A stretch of 64,000 nucleotides of DNA from Patescibacteria group bacterium (GCA_023484045.1 JAMDAA010000015.1:8659-72658), one strand, 5' to 3'; shown: positions 27,992 to 38,850, counted from the stretch's first letter. Numbers and translations are program-made. Notes: generated by a model not told the origin, from the sequence alone.

Positions 27992-30137
27992 TTTTATAGA
28001 TTCTGGTCTGCCCGTTTTCGTAAACGATTTTACCAATCTCGCTAAATTTATCTTCATATAGAGCAGGATATTTTTCGCGCTCTAAATCGCCGACAAAAAC
28101 ATAAGAAATTTTGTATTTATCGATCAATTGCTTTACTAGATCGATATCTATCATTTCGTAAAGCTCCTTAACTTCGTTTATTCTCGGGGCTGGAATATCA
28201 TATGTTCCGCGCCACAACCACTCATGCACTGTCCAGCCTAAAACCGTCGGAAGACCTGTATTTGCTGAAACGCGGGCATAATTTGTGTAGGAATCACCTT
28301 GCGCTTCTAGAATTACAGGCTGATTTTTAATATTTTTATTTATCCAAAGAATCGCTTCGTAATCAGTCGGATAAAGTTTTTTTAGATATCGGGTTCCATC
28401 TAGTCCGTGGGTGATCTGTAAATTACCGTAATAAGAATTAATCGCAAAATATGGATAAACTGCGATTAAAAATAATCCGATACTACCAATAAATACAAAT
28501 ACTACTAATATTAAATTTTTAGTGAAATTTGATATTAATCGGAAAATAATATAACCGGAAGAAAGAGAAAGCATAATAAAAGCTTGGTAAACTAGCTTAA
28601 ACATCGTATTCGCGCGGTAATGGGCAGGATAGATGTCTTTAATATAAATAAATTCAGGGACGATTATAAGTAAAGTAGAAATAGAGATCAGAATAAGAGT
28701 AAAAAAATCAGCGACGGGAATTCGATATTCGTGTTTCGATTTTATTTTTTTAAATAAAACAATAATAAAAGCTATTGCCCAAAAATAAAAAAATCCATAA
28801 AGAATAGAAAGTTGCCATATTGGTGATTTTTGGCAATGATCGGCCTCGAATAAAAACGGTCCGATTTTTCCGATGTCGGTTAAAAATTTTGGCGCACATA
28901 AAACCCCGATTCCTGAAGCAAATGGTTTGAAGAAAATATTAAATGGAAGAGAAAAAATAAAAAAACAAATAACGATAATAAATATTATTTTTAATAATTC
29001 ATAAAGTTTTGTTTTAAAAAGCAACTCCTTGTTTAAAAATATGATAGAACCAAGCACAATTATACTGAGTAAAGCGTATATAGCACCATCCCAGGCATTG
29101 GTCATGTAAGCGGCCGCGATTAAAAAAGATACAACAACAAGTTTTTTTATATTAATTCTTTGACTCAAAAATTCATTCAGCAATAATGCGATTATTGTTA
29201 ATATTATCGGAATACCCAAAACATGTCCGTGAAGGTCTGATACAACAAACGAATAGATTGGAAATTCATGAATGGTGTTGTAAATAAAACGGGTGGCGTT
29301 TGGGTACCAATATGCGTTGGGAAATGTTTGTGGTGAGAAGATGAGTTGCCAAAAAGGAACAGGATTTTCATTGGGATATGGTTTAAAAAATGTGTAAATC
29401 GGGTGTAGATTTCCTCCGAGAGAAACCAAGAATGCTGTTAATAAGCCGCCCAATAAAATTTTGAGATTCGAGATTTTTGACTCGAATTTTCGATATATAA
29501 GGTTTACTCCGATCGAAAAAGACATAGCAAACGTAAAAGCAAACAAAGTTGCGAGCATTAAGTTATATGTTATCTGTGATGGAATTCCGGATATTTTTGT
29601 TAAAACAGCAGTTATTAAATGACCGAAATAATAATAGTTGATCGAAAACGGCGTGAACCACATATCTTTCGGCGGGAAATAGTCACTTCTTAAAATCGAA
29701 TTGACAAATCCAAAATCCATGAACTTTTCGAGTCCGTTAATATCGGGCTGGAAATTTCTGATATACGACCAAAAAAATAATCCGGCAACGAACAATAACT
29801 CCTCGAAAACAAATATTTTCCATTTTCTTTTGAACAACTCAGTTGCTGGTTTTAAGCTCAGTAATTTAGTTTTTAAATATGGATATAAAAAATAATTCGC
29901 GGAGGTGAGTAAAAGTAAAATAATAATCGAATTTAATCTTGTGAATTGCGCGATATGAGTTACTCCTAAAATAAATATTAGATAAGAAGTAATAATCGCG
30001 CTTATTATTTTTGAAAAAATATACCCCCGATCAAAAAAATTATGAAAAATGTATATAGAAAACGGCAAAAAACAAAAACCGATTATGAAAAACAATAACC
30101 ACCAATTAGCTGTAAAAAGTAAATCTAGAGATTGCAT
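27972..30137 (-). CDS. DUF2298 / YYY membrane protein (GT-C-like)
   Basis: EKFMD, INYYYFG, TIHEFP.YS...DLH.H, R.NT.FK, TGLPTVLGW..HE..WR. Confidence 0.88.
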   Translation of the reverse strand: MQSLDLLFTANWWLLFFIIGFCFLPFSIYIFHNFFDRGYIFSKIISAIITSYLIFILGVTHIAQFTRLNSIIILLLLTSANYFLYPYLKTKLLSLKPATELFKRKWKIFVFEELLFVAGLFFWSYIRNFQPDINGLEKFMDFGFVNSILRSDYFPPKDMWFTPFSINYYYFGHLITAVLTKISGIPSQITYNLMLATLFAFTFAMSFSIGVNLIYRKFESKISNLKILLGGLLTAFLVSLGGNLHPIYTFFKPYPNENPVPFWQLIFSPQTFPNAYWYPNATRFIYNTIHEFPIYSFVVSDLHGHVLGIPIILTIIALLLNEFLSQRINIKKLVVVSFLIAAAYMTNAWDGAIYALLSIIVLGSIIFLNKELLFKTKLYELLKIIFIIVICFFIFSLPFNIFFKPFASGIGVLCAPKFLTDIGKIGPFLFEADHCQKSPIWQLSILYGFFYFWAIAFIIVLFKKIKSKHEYRIPVADFFTLILISISTLLIIVPEFIYIKDIYPAHYRANTMFKLVYQAFIMLSLSSGYIIFRLISNFTKNLILVVFVFIGSIGLFLIAVYPYFAINSYYGNLQITHGLDGTRYLKKLYPTDYEAILWINKNIKNQPVILEAQGDSYTNYARVSANTGLPTVLGWTVHEWLWRGTYDIPAPRINEVKELYEMIDIDLVKQLIDKYKISYVFVGDLEREKYPALYEDKFSEIGKIVYENGQTRIYKINSSLN

Positions 30138-30138
30138 A

Positions 30139-31647
30139 TTATTTTTTAATAACCCCAATATAAAAAGCTGGTCTTCCGTTTGGATAGTTTATCGTTTTTT
30201 TAATATTGAAATCAAAGCCATGAATCTCGCTTATTCGATCGTATCCTATTGCGAAAAGTTGATGCTTATTTTGGTCGAATGATTTTAGATCTCCGATAAG
30301 GCATTTAGATTCACATTTGTTTTCAGGGTCATAAAATTTAACAAAAATATTTGGTGAATTAAAATTGCCCATAATAAACATATTATCATACTGATTCTTA
30401 TTTTTTATAAAGTACTGCATGATAGGTTTTGGTCCATACTGCCATCCCCAAAAATCGGATGAATACAAAGGATATTGAATAAAATAAAATTTTGTGAAAA
30501 AGATTAAATTAATCGAAATAATAGAGACAATCATTGTGACAAGAGCAAAACTATTGATAAATCGTTTCCCGTATTGTGTCAAGATAGTAATACCGAGGCC
30601 AATAAATATTGCGAATAAAGGTGCACCAATAATTGAGCGACTGGTAAAAGGGGCGTTCGCCGTAACTGTACCTGCTATTGGATAAATAAAAAGCCAATAA
30701 ATTAGAAGTTGAGAGATTTTTTTATTTATTGTCAGAAAGGTGCTTATCAGGCCAACAAATAAAAAAGGAAGCGTTATTTTTAGTAAAGGAGTTAAACCTC
30801 CTGTAAAATGTCGAGTAATAAAGGTGGGTTCGCCTATCATAAAATATGATGGAGAAAGTTGTGCAAGATAATTCTGGATGATTCGTAAAATAGTTTGTGT
30901 AAAAGACAATTTTGCAGAAAAAACGGATACCATATTAAAACGAGCAATGCCCTCTCCGTTAAAAAAACTTAAGATAAGCGGTATGCTCAAGATAAAAAAT
31001 AATAACAATCCAGCAATAGTTTCTTTTTTGTGTAAAAAATATGCTTTCCTATAAATTAATAAAACTCCTATTAAGAGGAACGGTATTAAAAGTCTCGCTG
31101 GTTGATATGTGTATAATGTTAAAGCGGCAAGGATAAAAGCAGGTATAACAAAAAACTTATGACGTGTTGCTTTTATCAATAAAAAAATAGTGGCTATAAA
31201 GAATGTGTTGTAAATCGTGAACTCGAAACCCGTTCTATTGTAATGAATTAACCAAGGCATAGTAGCTGTTATAAAAGCAATTAAAAGCCCAAAACGTTTT
31301 GAGCGAATTTCTTTCCCCAAAAAATACATAAGAATTATTGTTATTAACCCGCAAAAGACCGATGGTAATCTTACGCTTGTCTCATTCAATCCAAAAATAA
31401 ATATAAAAGGAATTGTTAGATAGGTTGCTAATGGAGGGCGATAATCTCCAAAAGACCGAAAGAATATAGGGGAAGAGATACCGTATTCATCCTTTCCGGT
31501 GTTGAGAAGCGAATATGCATTGTAACCGATAGAAGCTTCATCATAGAAAAATCCAGAAGGGATATTAGAAAGTCCATATATTCTTAAAATAAATCCCAAA
31601 AAGACAATAAAAAATAATATTACGAATTCAATTTTTATTCTCCCCAT
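30139..31647 (-). CDS. ArnT/PMT-like GT-C glycosyltransferase
   Basis: DEASIGYNAYSL..TGKDEYG, RLPS, multi-TM. Confidence 0.85.
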   Translation of the reverse strand: MGRIKIEFVILFFIVFLGFILRIYGLSNIPSGFFYDEASIGYNAYSLLNTGKDEYGISSPIFFRSFGDYRPPLATYLTIPFIFIFGLNETSVRLPSVFCGLITIILMYFLGKEIRSKRFGLLIAFITATMPWLIHYNRTGFEFTIYNTFFIATIFLLIKATRHKFFVIPAFILAALTLYTYQPARLLIPFLLIGVLLIYRKAYFLHKKETIAGLLLFFILSIPLILSFFNGEGIARFNMVSVFSAKLSFTQTILRIIQNYLAQLSPSYFMIGEPTFITRHFTGGLTPLLKITLPFLFVGLISTFLTINKKISQLLIYWLFIYPIAGTVTANAPFTSRSIIGAPLFAIFIGLGITILTQYGKRFINSFALVTMIVSIISINLIFFTKFYFIQYPLYSSDFWGWQYGPKPIMQYFIKNKNQYDNMFIMGNFNSPNIFVKFYDPENKCESKCLIGDLKSFDQNKHQLFAIGYDRISEIHGFDFNIKKTINYPNGRPAFYIGVIKK

Positions 31648-33271
31648 TTAGTATTTGAGATAGTGCTTCCTGAGTTAATCTTTTGGTGTTTTTAAAAATT
31701 ATTACTTTTGGATGATCGTATACTTGGAATGTTTCTTCGCTCGAATCATCTTTTATTGTCAATCCGAATAGCGAAGGATAAGAAGTAAATTCACCTACTT
31801 TTTTATATCCCAATTTTTTAGCAAAAAGCAATTTATAATATTTACTCGTGATCGGATATTTTTTATCGAGATTAATAAGAGTTCCGTATAATCGTCGACT
31901 ATTAATAACAATGTAATCAGCGGTTGATAATTTTTCAGTATAATAATTTATTTTATCGGAATTGTCAGGATCGTATATCGTTAATTGCTCGAATTGATAT
32001 TGGGCGGGGGAATAATTCTTAAAAGAAACAGGGAGGCCATCGTCCCAATGTTCTCCTAAGATTTTACTTCCACTCGGAATATTTTTATAAATCCATTTTG
32101 ACGCCGAAATTCGTGTTTGCTCTTTGACGTATATCGAGAAAAAAGCGAGCGCCCAAAAGATTGTTGTTATTGCGAAGAAATACAATAAAAATTTTCCAAT
32201 AAATTTTGTTTTTTTCGCGATAATATACAGGAGATAACTCGAAAAAATAATCAAAAAAGGTAAAATCGGCACCATAAAGCGTATGAATTTTGTGTGCCAC
32301 GAACCGACGTATAGAAAGTAGACGATCGGGAAAGATAATAAAATTATAAGTTTATAGTCTTTATTTTTTATAAGTTTAATAAAAATTAAGATTAATCCTA
32401 AAGGGATAATTATCGTAATTAATCCTAGTTGCCAGAAAAGATTTATAAACTGGAATAAATAAGAAGGCGTGTTAGTGAATTGAAGCGTATAAGGAACAAG
32501 TAGGGTTCCGAGCGCGACTCCTGATTCATAACGCATCGATTCGAGGAATTTATTCCAGGAAAAAAAAGTATACGGAGAAAAGATTATAAAAATACATAAA
32601 CTGATTATTAAATAAAAAATAAATAACGCGTTTTTTTTGATAAAGTTTTTCCGATCCAGAATTATGTTTATGAGATAAGCGGTTGTCGGCAAAATCAAAA
32701 AAGATAAAGCCGTTGTTTTTGCTGCGACAGCGAGCCCAGTAACGATACCACACCCAATATAATTTTTGAAGCTTGGCTTATTGAGTAGACTTAAAGACAA
32801 TAAAGAAATTATAACAACGGTCAATGCAAGAAAGTTTTCGGTTATTCCAAGATGCGACGTTTGTATAGAAGAAACAGAGAAGGTATAGAAAAAAGCAGAG
32901 ATTAAAGCAACTCTCTCATTAAAAAGTTTTTTTGCGAGAAGGTATAGAAAAAAGATGGTAATAGTAGAATAAAGTGCCGAATAAAATCTTGCAATTAAAT
33001 TAATGTGGCCCCAATCATAGGTCCAGATGGGATTATTAGTTACTCTTACCAGCATATCTCCGGTCGCGCGGATTAAATAAATCGAAAAACCGCCGTAAGC
33101 AAAAAAATCTGGATTTAATTGTTTGAAAAAAGAGATTCTCGTAACGGCATTTGCGATATTTCTTTCGTCGGGGTGAAACATGTTGCCCTGATCCCAATTA
33201 AGATTGTAAAATCTTAAAAAAGCCCCGATTAATAAAAAGACTATCAATATTATTTTTGTTTTAAATTTCAT
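31628..33271 (-). CDS. PMT-like GT-C glycosyltransferase
   Basis: FHPDE, P.FFAYG, EHWDD.LP, EETF.VYDHP.V. Confidence 0.82.
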   Translation of the reverse strand: MKFKTKIILIVFLLIGAFLRFYNLNWDQGNMFHPDERNIANAVTRISFFKQLNPDFFAYGGFSIYLIRATGDMLVRVTNNPIWTYDWGHINLIARFYSALYSTITIFFLYLLAKKLFNERVALISAFFYTFSVSSIQTSHLGITENFLALTVVIISLLSLSLLNKPSFKNYIGCGIVTGLAVAAKTTALSFLILPTTAYLINIILDRKNFIKKNALFIFYLIISLCIFIIFSPYTFFSWNKFLESMRYESGVALGTLLVPYTLQFTNTPSYLFQFINLFWQLGLITIIIPLGLILIFIKLIKNKDYKLIILLSFPIVYFLYVGSWHTKFIRFMVPILPFLIIFSSYLLYIIAKKTKFIGKFLLYFFAITTIFWALAFFSIYVKEQTRISASKWIYKNIPSGSKILGEHWDDGLPVSFKNYSPAQYQFEQLTIYDPDNSDKINYYTEKLSTADYIVINSRRLYGTLINLDKKYPITSKYYKLLFAKKLGYKKVGEFTSYPSLFGLTIKDDSSEETFQVYDHPKVIIFKNTKRLTQEALSQILNGENKN

Positions 33272-34538
33272 TTCTCTCGATCAATTTAGCTATTTTTTCT
33301 CCCATTTCAATAGCGTAATTTGTCCCCCGGTCCCATGGATAAACCTGTTCCATGTCTACGAGATAAACATTTTCTAAAGGAGTTTCACAAGGTAAAATAT
33401 TTTTTCCATAATTTGTGTCGACTACCGGTTGCGCAAATTCATCCTTAAACAAGCGGTAATCAACCAAAAATTCTTTATAATTTTTATTTATTTTTTTTAA
33501 AAAAGGATCATAAATTCTGATCAACTCATCTTTTGATTTTGAAAATAGTTTATCGTTGGATTGCAGATATTTTCCGAGATAGACAAGATGTTCATTATTA
33601 TAGTTACTCTTGTCGACGAAATTTGTGTGTTCGACGATCGCCATGATCGGCCAGGAGTTGTCGCAAATGCTTAGCCAGTATGTATTATCTTTTAAGAATT
33701 TTTCTTTAAGCCTCAATACTAAATTTAATACTCCGAGTGTTTTTATTTTTTCAGCCTTTTTTCGATAATCGTCCGGTAAGTTTTTTGTGATTTTTAGAAA
33801 TTGACGAGACGGAATTGTTACGATGACTTTATTAAATTCATAAAATTTATTAGCAGTCTTTATCGTGATTTTTTCATCGATTTTTTTTATTTCACTTACT
33901 TCACTTTTGAAAAAAACATTTCCTTTCAACACTTTAATTTTTTTTAAAATTGTATTTTCGAATTCTAAAAATCCGCCCTTTGGATAAGCGAGTTCTGTCG
34001 TACGTTTTTTAATTCTTGCCCAGAACCACGCTAAAGAAATATTTTTTGAAGAGTCGCCAAACTTGCCAATTAACTGAGGTTCCCAAATCATCCCGTAGGC
34101 TTTTTTACCCATCGCTTTCGGTAAAAAATCAGCGGTGTTTATATTCTCAAATATTTTCCAAAACGGATTAAATTTTAAGAAGGCCAAAACAGCAGCCATC
34201 CTTATTCTTTCAAAAATATTTAATTTCGAGAAACTTAATACTTTTGAAGGAGAATCGAGTTGATAAATTTTACCGTCGATGTAAACAGAAGTTTTTGGTC
34301 GGATTATTAAGACATCGTGCTCAATTTCTTTGGCAAAATTTAATGCGTTTTTGTCATTAGTAAAAAAATGATGGTAATACTTATCGAGCGTCCAGCGCCA
34401 ATTTTTTTCTTTAAATCCAGATGCGAGTCCGCCGGGTAAATCGCTCTTTTCAAAGATCGTTACGTCATGGCCTAATTTTAATAAATGTAAAGCTACTGAT
34501 AGTCCTTCGATTCCGGCGCCGATTATCGCGATTTTCAT
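33261..34538 (-). CDS. FAD-dependent oxidoreductase (amine oxidase/protoporphyrinogen oxidase-like)
   Basis: IIGAG..GL Rossmann fold, GGLA, YHH.F, YPWDRG.NYA. Confidence 0.85.
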   Translation of the reverse strand: MKIAIIGAGIEGLSVALHLLKLGHDVTIFEKSDLPGGLASGFKEKNWRWTLDKYYHHFFTNDKNALNFAKEIEHDVLIIRPKTSVYIDGKIYQLDSPSKVLSFSKLNIFERIRMAAVLAFLKFNPFWKIFENINTADFLPKAMGKKAYGMIWEPQLIGKFGDSSKNISLAWFWARIKKRTTELAYPKGGFLEFENTILKKIKVLKGNVFFKSEVSEIKKIDEKITIKTANKFYEFNKVIVTIPSRQFLKITKNLPDDYRKKAEKIKTLGVLNLVLRLKEKFLKDNTYWLSICDNSWPIMAIVEHTNFVDKSNYNNEHLVYLGKYLQSNDKLFSKSKDELIRIYDPFLKKINKNYKEFLVDYRLFKDEFAQPVVDTNYGKNILPCETPLENVYLVDMEQVYPWDRGTNYAIEMGEKIAKLIERNEI

Positions 34539-35926
34539 AAACTAATATTACCGCGGGTTACGAGGAACAAAAGAACGCCAATGGTAGTTGTTGCTATCGC
34601 CGCGATGGCACCGATTATAGCAGATGAACTACCCGGTTTTGCAGGTGCAAGCGTCGGAGTTGCCGATGCCACCGGGGCTTGGGTAATAGTCGGCGTCGGG
34701 GTTAAAGTGGGCGACGGTATTTGTGTCGGAGAAGGTGTCGATAGAATAGGTGTTGGAGTCGACGTTATTTTTATCGTCGGAGTTGCCGATGGGGTCGCCG
34801 ATTCATTAACTTGCGAACCTTGCGCGTAAACGGTAAAAGATTGAGTTATTGTTTTAAGCACGCCGAATTTATCCGGGGCGATTATCGACACCGTGTGTTG
34901 TCCCGGAGAGAGCGTTTTTTGAGGACGGAAACTCCAATTGCCTTTATTGTCAACTATAACTTGAGTTTGAATATTTTCATCAGAATGAATAATCAATTTT
35001 ATACTTGCGCCGGGAGAAGCAACACCTTTAAATAATGGTTGCTGATCCGTAAACTTCTCTTCATCTTTCGGCGTTAAAATCTCGGCATTTTTATTCGATA
35101 CTTGATTTGCAGAAAATGCCGGAAAATTGACATTGGCAGATGCAGAAGACTCTTCTTCTGACACATTGATCGGCGAATTCCCGGTCGTAAAATCATAATC
35201 TTTAGAAAGCGTAATGGTTGGGACGACGTTTATCTGATTAGCAAATAACTTAACATTGGATCTGGCCGAAGGTCCGATAGCTAACATTTGAAGCTTCGTA
35301 TCTTTAGAAATAGGGAAAAAAGACTTAAGATCGTCTGTCCTCAACGCATTTAGTGGGATTATATAACTGCCGTCTCCTTTTACGATCGTCGATGTAGTTT
35401 GGGCTTTTGGGATAGTTATATATACAATTGCTTCTTGAGGATTGGTTCCGTCGGGCATGATTACTTTTCCGACAATCGGCTGTTGTGCAGAAGGAGAAGC
35501 CTCAATATTAGGCGCTATAGTTATCTCAAAAAGTGTTTCATTGTTCTGGAAAGTGTCTTGTCCGGATACAATATTAAAAAAATATTTCGCCGAAGGTTTT
35601 AATCCCCGAACCATAAAATAATGAAGTTTGTACGCCGCGACGTTTCCCGATTGCTGATCCCGTGTGTCCAGCGCCGTCGATCCTAAATTACTCGTTTCAC
35701 CGTAGGAAATCGATCCTAAAACACTCGCGTCTGTTTCGTAAGACACAGTAAAAGAAATTTCAGAAACATTCGTGATTCGGACATTTTTAGGTGTATTGGT
35801 CGGAGAAGCCTTGCTTACAAAAATCGTACCGTTTTTTACGAGAATAGAAGTCACAGTGATACCGATTATTATTAAAAATAATCCCAAAAGTGTCGGTATT
35901 CTTTTTCTCCAGATATTATTTTTCAT
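34535..35926 (-). CDS. Surface protein with FN3-like and Ig-like domains, Pro/Thr tail and C-terminal TM
   Basis: P.NVRITN.S..SFTVS, L.P..KY.F, G.WSF.P..L.PG.H, (PT)n tract. Confidence 0.75.
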   Translation of the reverse strand: MKNNIWRKRIPTLLGLFLIIIGITVTSILVKNGTIFVSKASPTNTPKNVRITNVSEISFTVSYETDASVLGSISYGETSNLGSTALDTRDQQSGNVAAYKLHYFMVRGLKPSAKYFFNIVSGQDTFQNNETLFEITIAPNIEASPSAQQPIVGKVIMPDGTNPQEAIVYITIPKAQTTSTIVKGDGSYIIPLNALRTDDLKSFFPISKDTKLQMLAIGPSARSNVKLFANQINVVPTITLSKDYDFTTGNSPINVSEEESSASANVNFPAFSANQVSNKNAEILTPKDEEKFTDQQPLFKGVASPGASIKLIIHSDENIQTQVIVDNKGNWSFRPQKTLSPGQHTVSIIAPDKFGVLKTITQSFTVYAQGSQVNESATPSATPTIKITSTPTPILSTPSPTQIPSPTLTPTPTITQAPVASATPTLAPAKPGSSSAIIGAIAAIATTTIGVLLFLVTRGNISL

Positions 35927-36258
35927 GGTGATTTACTCGCTCCTTGTGTGCCTTGCGTAACCGATTCCAGTTGTAAGACAACGGACGGCGTGGGTGTCGT
36001 GATTATAGTAGGAGAGCCAGTTGCGGAATTTGTTTCCGAAAGGCCTTTTTTAAATTCAAAGACAGGAGTTATTTGTTGTCTTTTTTTGAGCATATCGATT
36101 GTTTTTGTGTCGAAGTTAGGATTAATCGCAGATGTTTGGACATTTAATGTTTCGGGAATAGTCGATGTTGCAAAATTATGGTAAATACTGAATATAATCC
36201 AGAATACTACTAGAACAACAGAAGATATTAATAGAAATATTATTTCTCTTTTTTTCAT
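35923..36258 (-). CDS. Small membrane-anchored protein in pilNO operon
   Basis: N-terminal TM, I.P.FD...I..L..R motif; tightly coupled to neighbours. Confidence 0.65.
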   Translation of the reverse strand: MKKREIIFLLISSVVLVVFWIIFSIYHNFATSTIPETLNVQTSAINPNFDTKTIDMLKKRQQITPVFEFKKGLSETNSATGSPTIITTPTPSVVLQLESVTQGTQGASKSP

Positions 36259-36259
36259 G

Positions 36260-36874
36260 TTAAGTTTTGAAATAAGCCTTGGCTTTTAGATTCAATTGCA
36301 AGTCATTTTCATTAGATGAGCTTTTGGAAAGAGAAATCGTGTCGATCGTTACGATTCGATCAAAATCACTCAAAGAATAAAGAAAATTTTTTATGTTATC
36401 GTATGTGCCTGTAATATCGACTGAAAAATTAAACGAATAATTTATTGGTTCTTTTTTTGATTCAGAAATTTCGACCTGAGATACTTGAAGTCTTTTAATC
36501 GCAACACCTGAATTTCCCGCAATAGCTTGAATTTGTCCTGCTAAAATTGGGATCATCGGACTTTGCGGGATCGCGGACAAAACGATAGGGATATCGTTTG
36601 TTAATACATTATATTTTTGTTGAAGAATACTCAGGTTATTAATTTTTTCGGTTAATTCTTGGTCAACAAGCTGATTGTCGGCAAGCTGTCTCCTTAAATT
36701 GGATATCGTCGAAAGAGTCGGACTTATCGCAAATAAGCCAAAAACAGAAACCGCGATAAGTGTAAAAGCAATAGTCGTAAATGCTCTCGCTTTTTCCTGT
36801 TTAAAAGTATTCGAGATTACTTTAAGGTATTTCGCGTCTTTTAAATTTTTTAAAATATTTTTACGTGGTTCCAT
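36260..36874 (-). CDS. pilO: Type IV pilus assembly protein PilO
   Basis: TM, coiled coil, AIP, G.Y..I..FL..L..F.R.VTI. Confidence 0.8.
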   Translation of the reverse strand: MEPRKNILKNLKDAKYLKVISNTFKQEKARAFTTIAFTLIAVSVFGLFAISPTLSTISNLRRQLADNQLVDQELTEKINNLSILQQKYNVLTNDIPIVLSAIPQSPMIPILAGQIQAIAGNSGVAIKRLQVSQVEISESKKEPINYSFNFSVDITGTYDNIKNFLYSLSDFDRIVTIDTISLSKSSSNENDLQLNLKAKAYFKT

Positions 36875-36876
36875 AT

Positions 36877-37410
36877 TTATTTAGTTTTTAATTTTATCGT
36901 TAAGCTTGTAATTATGATTCCACTAGACGTTTTGTTTTCGATTTTATCGATACTAATTGAGTCGGGCTTCAGTTGATTTTTTATAGATTTAATAAAAGAG
37001 GCTAAAGAGGTTATCGATCTGACATCGCCCTCGATTTTTATGCGGTCCTGCGAATATATTAAATTCGAAGTCATGAAATCACTCGGGGTTGATTCTACGA
37101 TACTACTAAATATTTTTGTTGTTTCGTTCCCCTTGTTGGATAATTTTGAAGCGAGAAGAAGACGGTCTTGGAGATCCCGGTACTTCGCTTCGTTTCCCTT
37201 CCAGCTTAATACAATTGCTTGTTTTTGTCTGATTTTATCGTGGAGATCGATCAATTGTCGATCAAGAGAGAAGCGATACAAAAAGGCCGAAAGTGCGATT
37301 ACTTCGGTCGCGATTACGATTAAGCGTCCGATCGTTAACGACCAGGTTATAAATTTTTCCAAAAGACTTTTTCGGTCTTTAAATAAATTGATCGACGGCG
37401 TTTTTGCCAT
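36877..37410 (-). CDS. pilN: Type IV pilus assembly protein PilN-like
   Basis: INL motif, TM, coiled coil, I.G......LA.F; precedes pilO. Confidence 0.65.
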   Translation of the reverse strand: MAKTPSINLFKDRKSLLEKFITWSLTIGRLIVIATEVIALSAFLYRFSLDRQLIDLHDKIRQKQAIVLSWKGNEAKYRDLQDRLLLASKLSNKGNETTKIFSSIVESTPSDFMTSNLIYSQDRIKIEGDVRSITSLASFIKSIKNQLKPDSISIDKIENKTSSGIIITSLTIKLKTK

Positions 37411-37524
37411 ACCAATGCTAAGTAACACCAAAATTTGGTGCTATGTTTAGTCTATGAGGTTTTTAAATTTTTGTAAAGCGGGATATATTTTATTTTAAAA
37501 CCAGGATGTTATAATTAATGATCT

Positions 37525-38436
37525 ATGATTAAACAAAAAGTATTTTTTTATCCGATTAAAGATAGTAATCCAAACGATATTTCTCTAAAAGCAAGACATC
37601 TTCTGGAAAGAGTTATTGACGATAGCAAAATTGTTTTGGAAAAAGAAATCCCGGTAAAAGTTCATCCGGGACAGATGGGGAATATAACTTTTATTAAACC
37701 CGAAAACTTTGACGGAATTATCGATTATCTTCTGAAAAAAAATATTACAACTTATTTCGTCGAGACAGGAATGGTTACTGGACCCGGATCTAATACGGAT
37801 ATTCACAGGAGAATTGCGATGGAACATGGATTTACAAAAGTCTCTTTTGTTATAGCGGATGGAGAAGATGGAAAAGACCATATCGAAGTTGAAATCAAAA
37901 ATGGAAAGTTTTTTAAAAAATGTATGATTGGTAGAAAACTTGTCGAAGCAAAACAAGTTGTAGTCTTAAGCCATTTTAAGGGTCATGTCGACGCCGGATT
38001 TGGCGGAGCGATTAAAATGTTAGGTATTGGTTTTGCTTCGAGACAAGGCAAAATGGAGGCTCACAGTAAAGTTTACACACCCGACTTAAAGACAATTGAT
38101 TGGAGAAAGCATCAACAACTATATTACGGAAAAATCTTTAGGGAACGGGTTGCCGAATATGCTTTAGCTGCGGCTTACAATAAACGACATATCTATATTA
38201 ATTTTGCTTTATCGATTACAGATAATTGTGATTGCGATAACACGGTAATGACGCCAATATATAATGACCTGGGAATATTTGCCTCAATAGATCCAGTAGC
38301 CGTAGATAAGGCCTGTTTTGATTTGTTAAAAAGAAGAGAAGGAAAAAAACCTTTTGAGGGAGAGGATGTTTTTACTTACGCGGAGAAAATCGGGCTAGGG
38401 TCACAGAATTACGAATTAATAAATCTCTTCTTATAA
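37525..38436 (+). CDS. DUF362 family Fe-S-associated protein
   Basis: KVH.G, IADG..G, SHFKGH..AGFGGAIK.LG.G.AS..GK, CDC, DPVA.D. Confidence 0.85.
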   Translation: MIKQKVFFYPIKDSNPNDISLKARHLLERVIDDSKIVLEKEIPVKVHPGQMGNITFIKPENFDGIIDYLLKKNITTYFVETGMVTGPGSNTDIHRRIAMEHGFTKVSFVIADGEDGKDHIEVEIKNGKFFKKCMIGRKLVEAKQVVVLSHFKGHVDAGFGGAIKMLGIGFASRQGKMEAHSKVYTPDLKTIDWRKHQQLYYGKIFRERVAEYALAAAYNKRHIYINFALSITDNCDCDNTVMTPIYNDLGIFASIDPVAVDKACFDLLKRREGKKPFEGEDVFTYAEKIGLGSQNYELINLFL

Positions 38437-38843
38437 TGTTTTAAATCGATTTTTGTTTTTATTGAGAGGGGTTTTGGTAGTTTATTTAATTTAAACCATC
38501 TGATTCCGTCGCATTTTTCCGGTTCTAATATTTTTGGCGTTTGTCCTTTTTTAATTCTTGCTAAAAAAGTGCTCGGGACCCAATGCTGTTTTTCATTTGG
38601 AATTATATGATCGGTTGCAGGGAATTGCTCTAAAATCTTTATTTCTATCCCGTATTCTTCCATCATCTCTCGTTTTATTGCTTCTTCGAGTTTTTCTCCA
38701 AAACGAACCGCTCCTCCAGGAACTTCCCAACAGCCGATTTCGTTTCTACATTTTGTCCCTCTTTTTGACAAAAACAATTCATTTTTATCATTAAAAATCA
38801 TCGCTCCGACACCGACTCCGATAAAATCAATGCCCTTTTTCAT
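38409..38843 (-). CDS. NUDIX hydrolase
   Basis: Nudix box GGAVRFGEKLEEAIKREMMEEYG; EPEKC. Confidence 0.9.
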   Translation of the reverse strand: MKKGIDFIGVGVGAMIFNDKNELFLSKRGTKCRNEIGCWEVPGGAVRFGEKLEEAIKREMMEEYGIEIKILEQFPATDHIIPNEKQHWVPSTFLARIKKGQTPKILEPEKCDGIRWFKLNKLPKPLSIKTKIDLKHYKKRFINS

Positions 38844-38850
38844 AGCGTAA

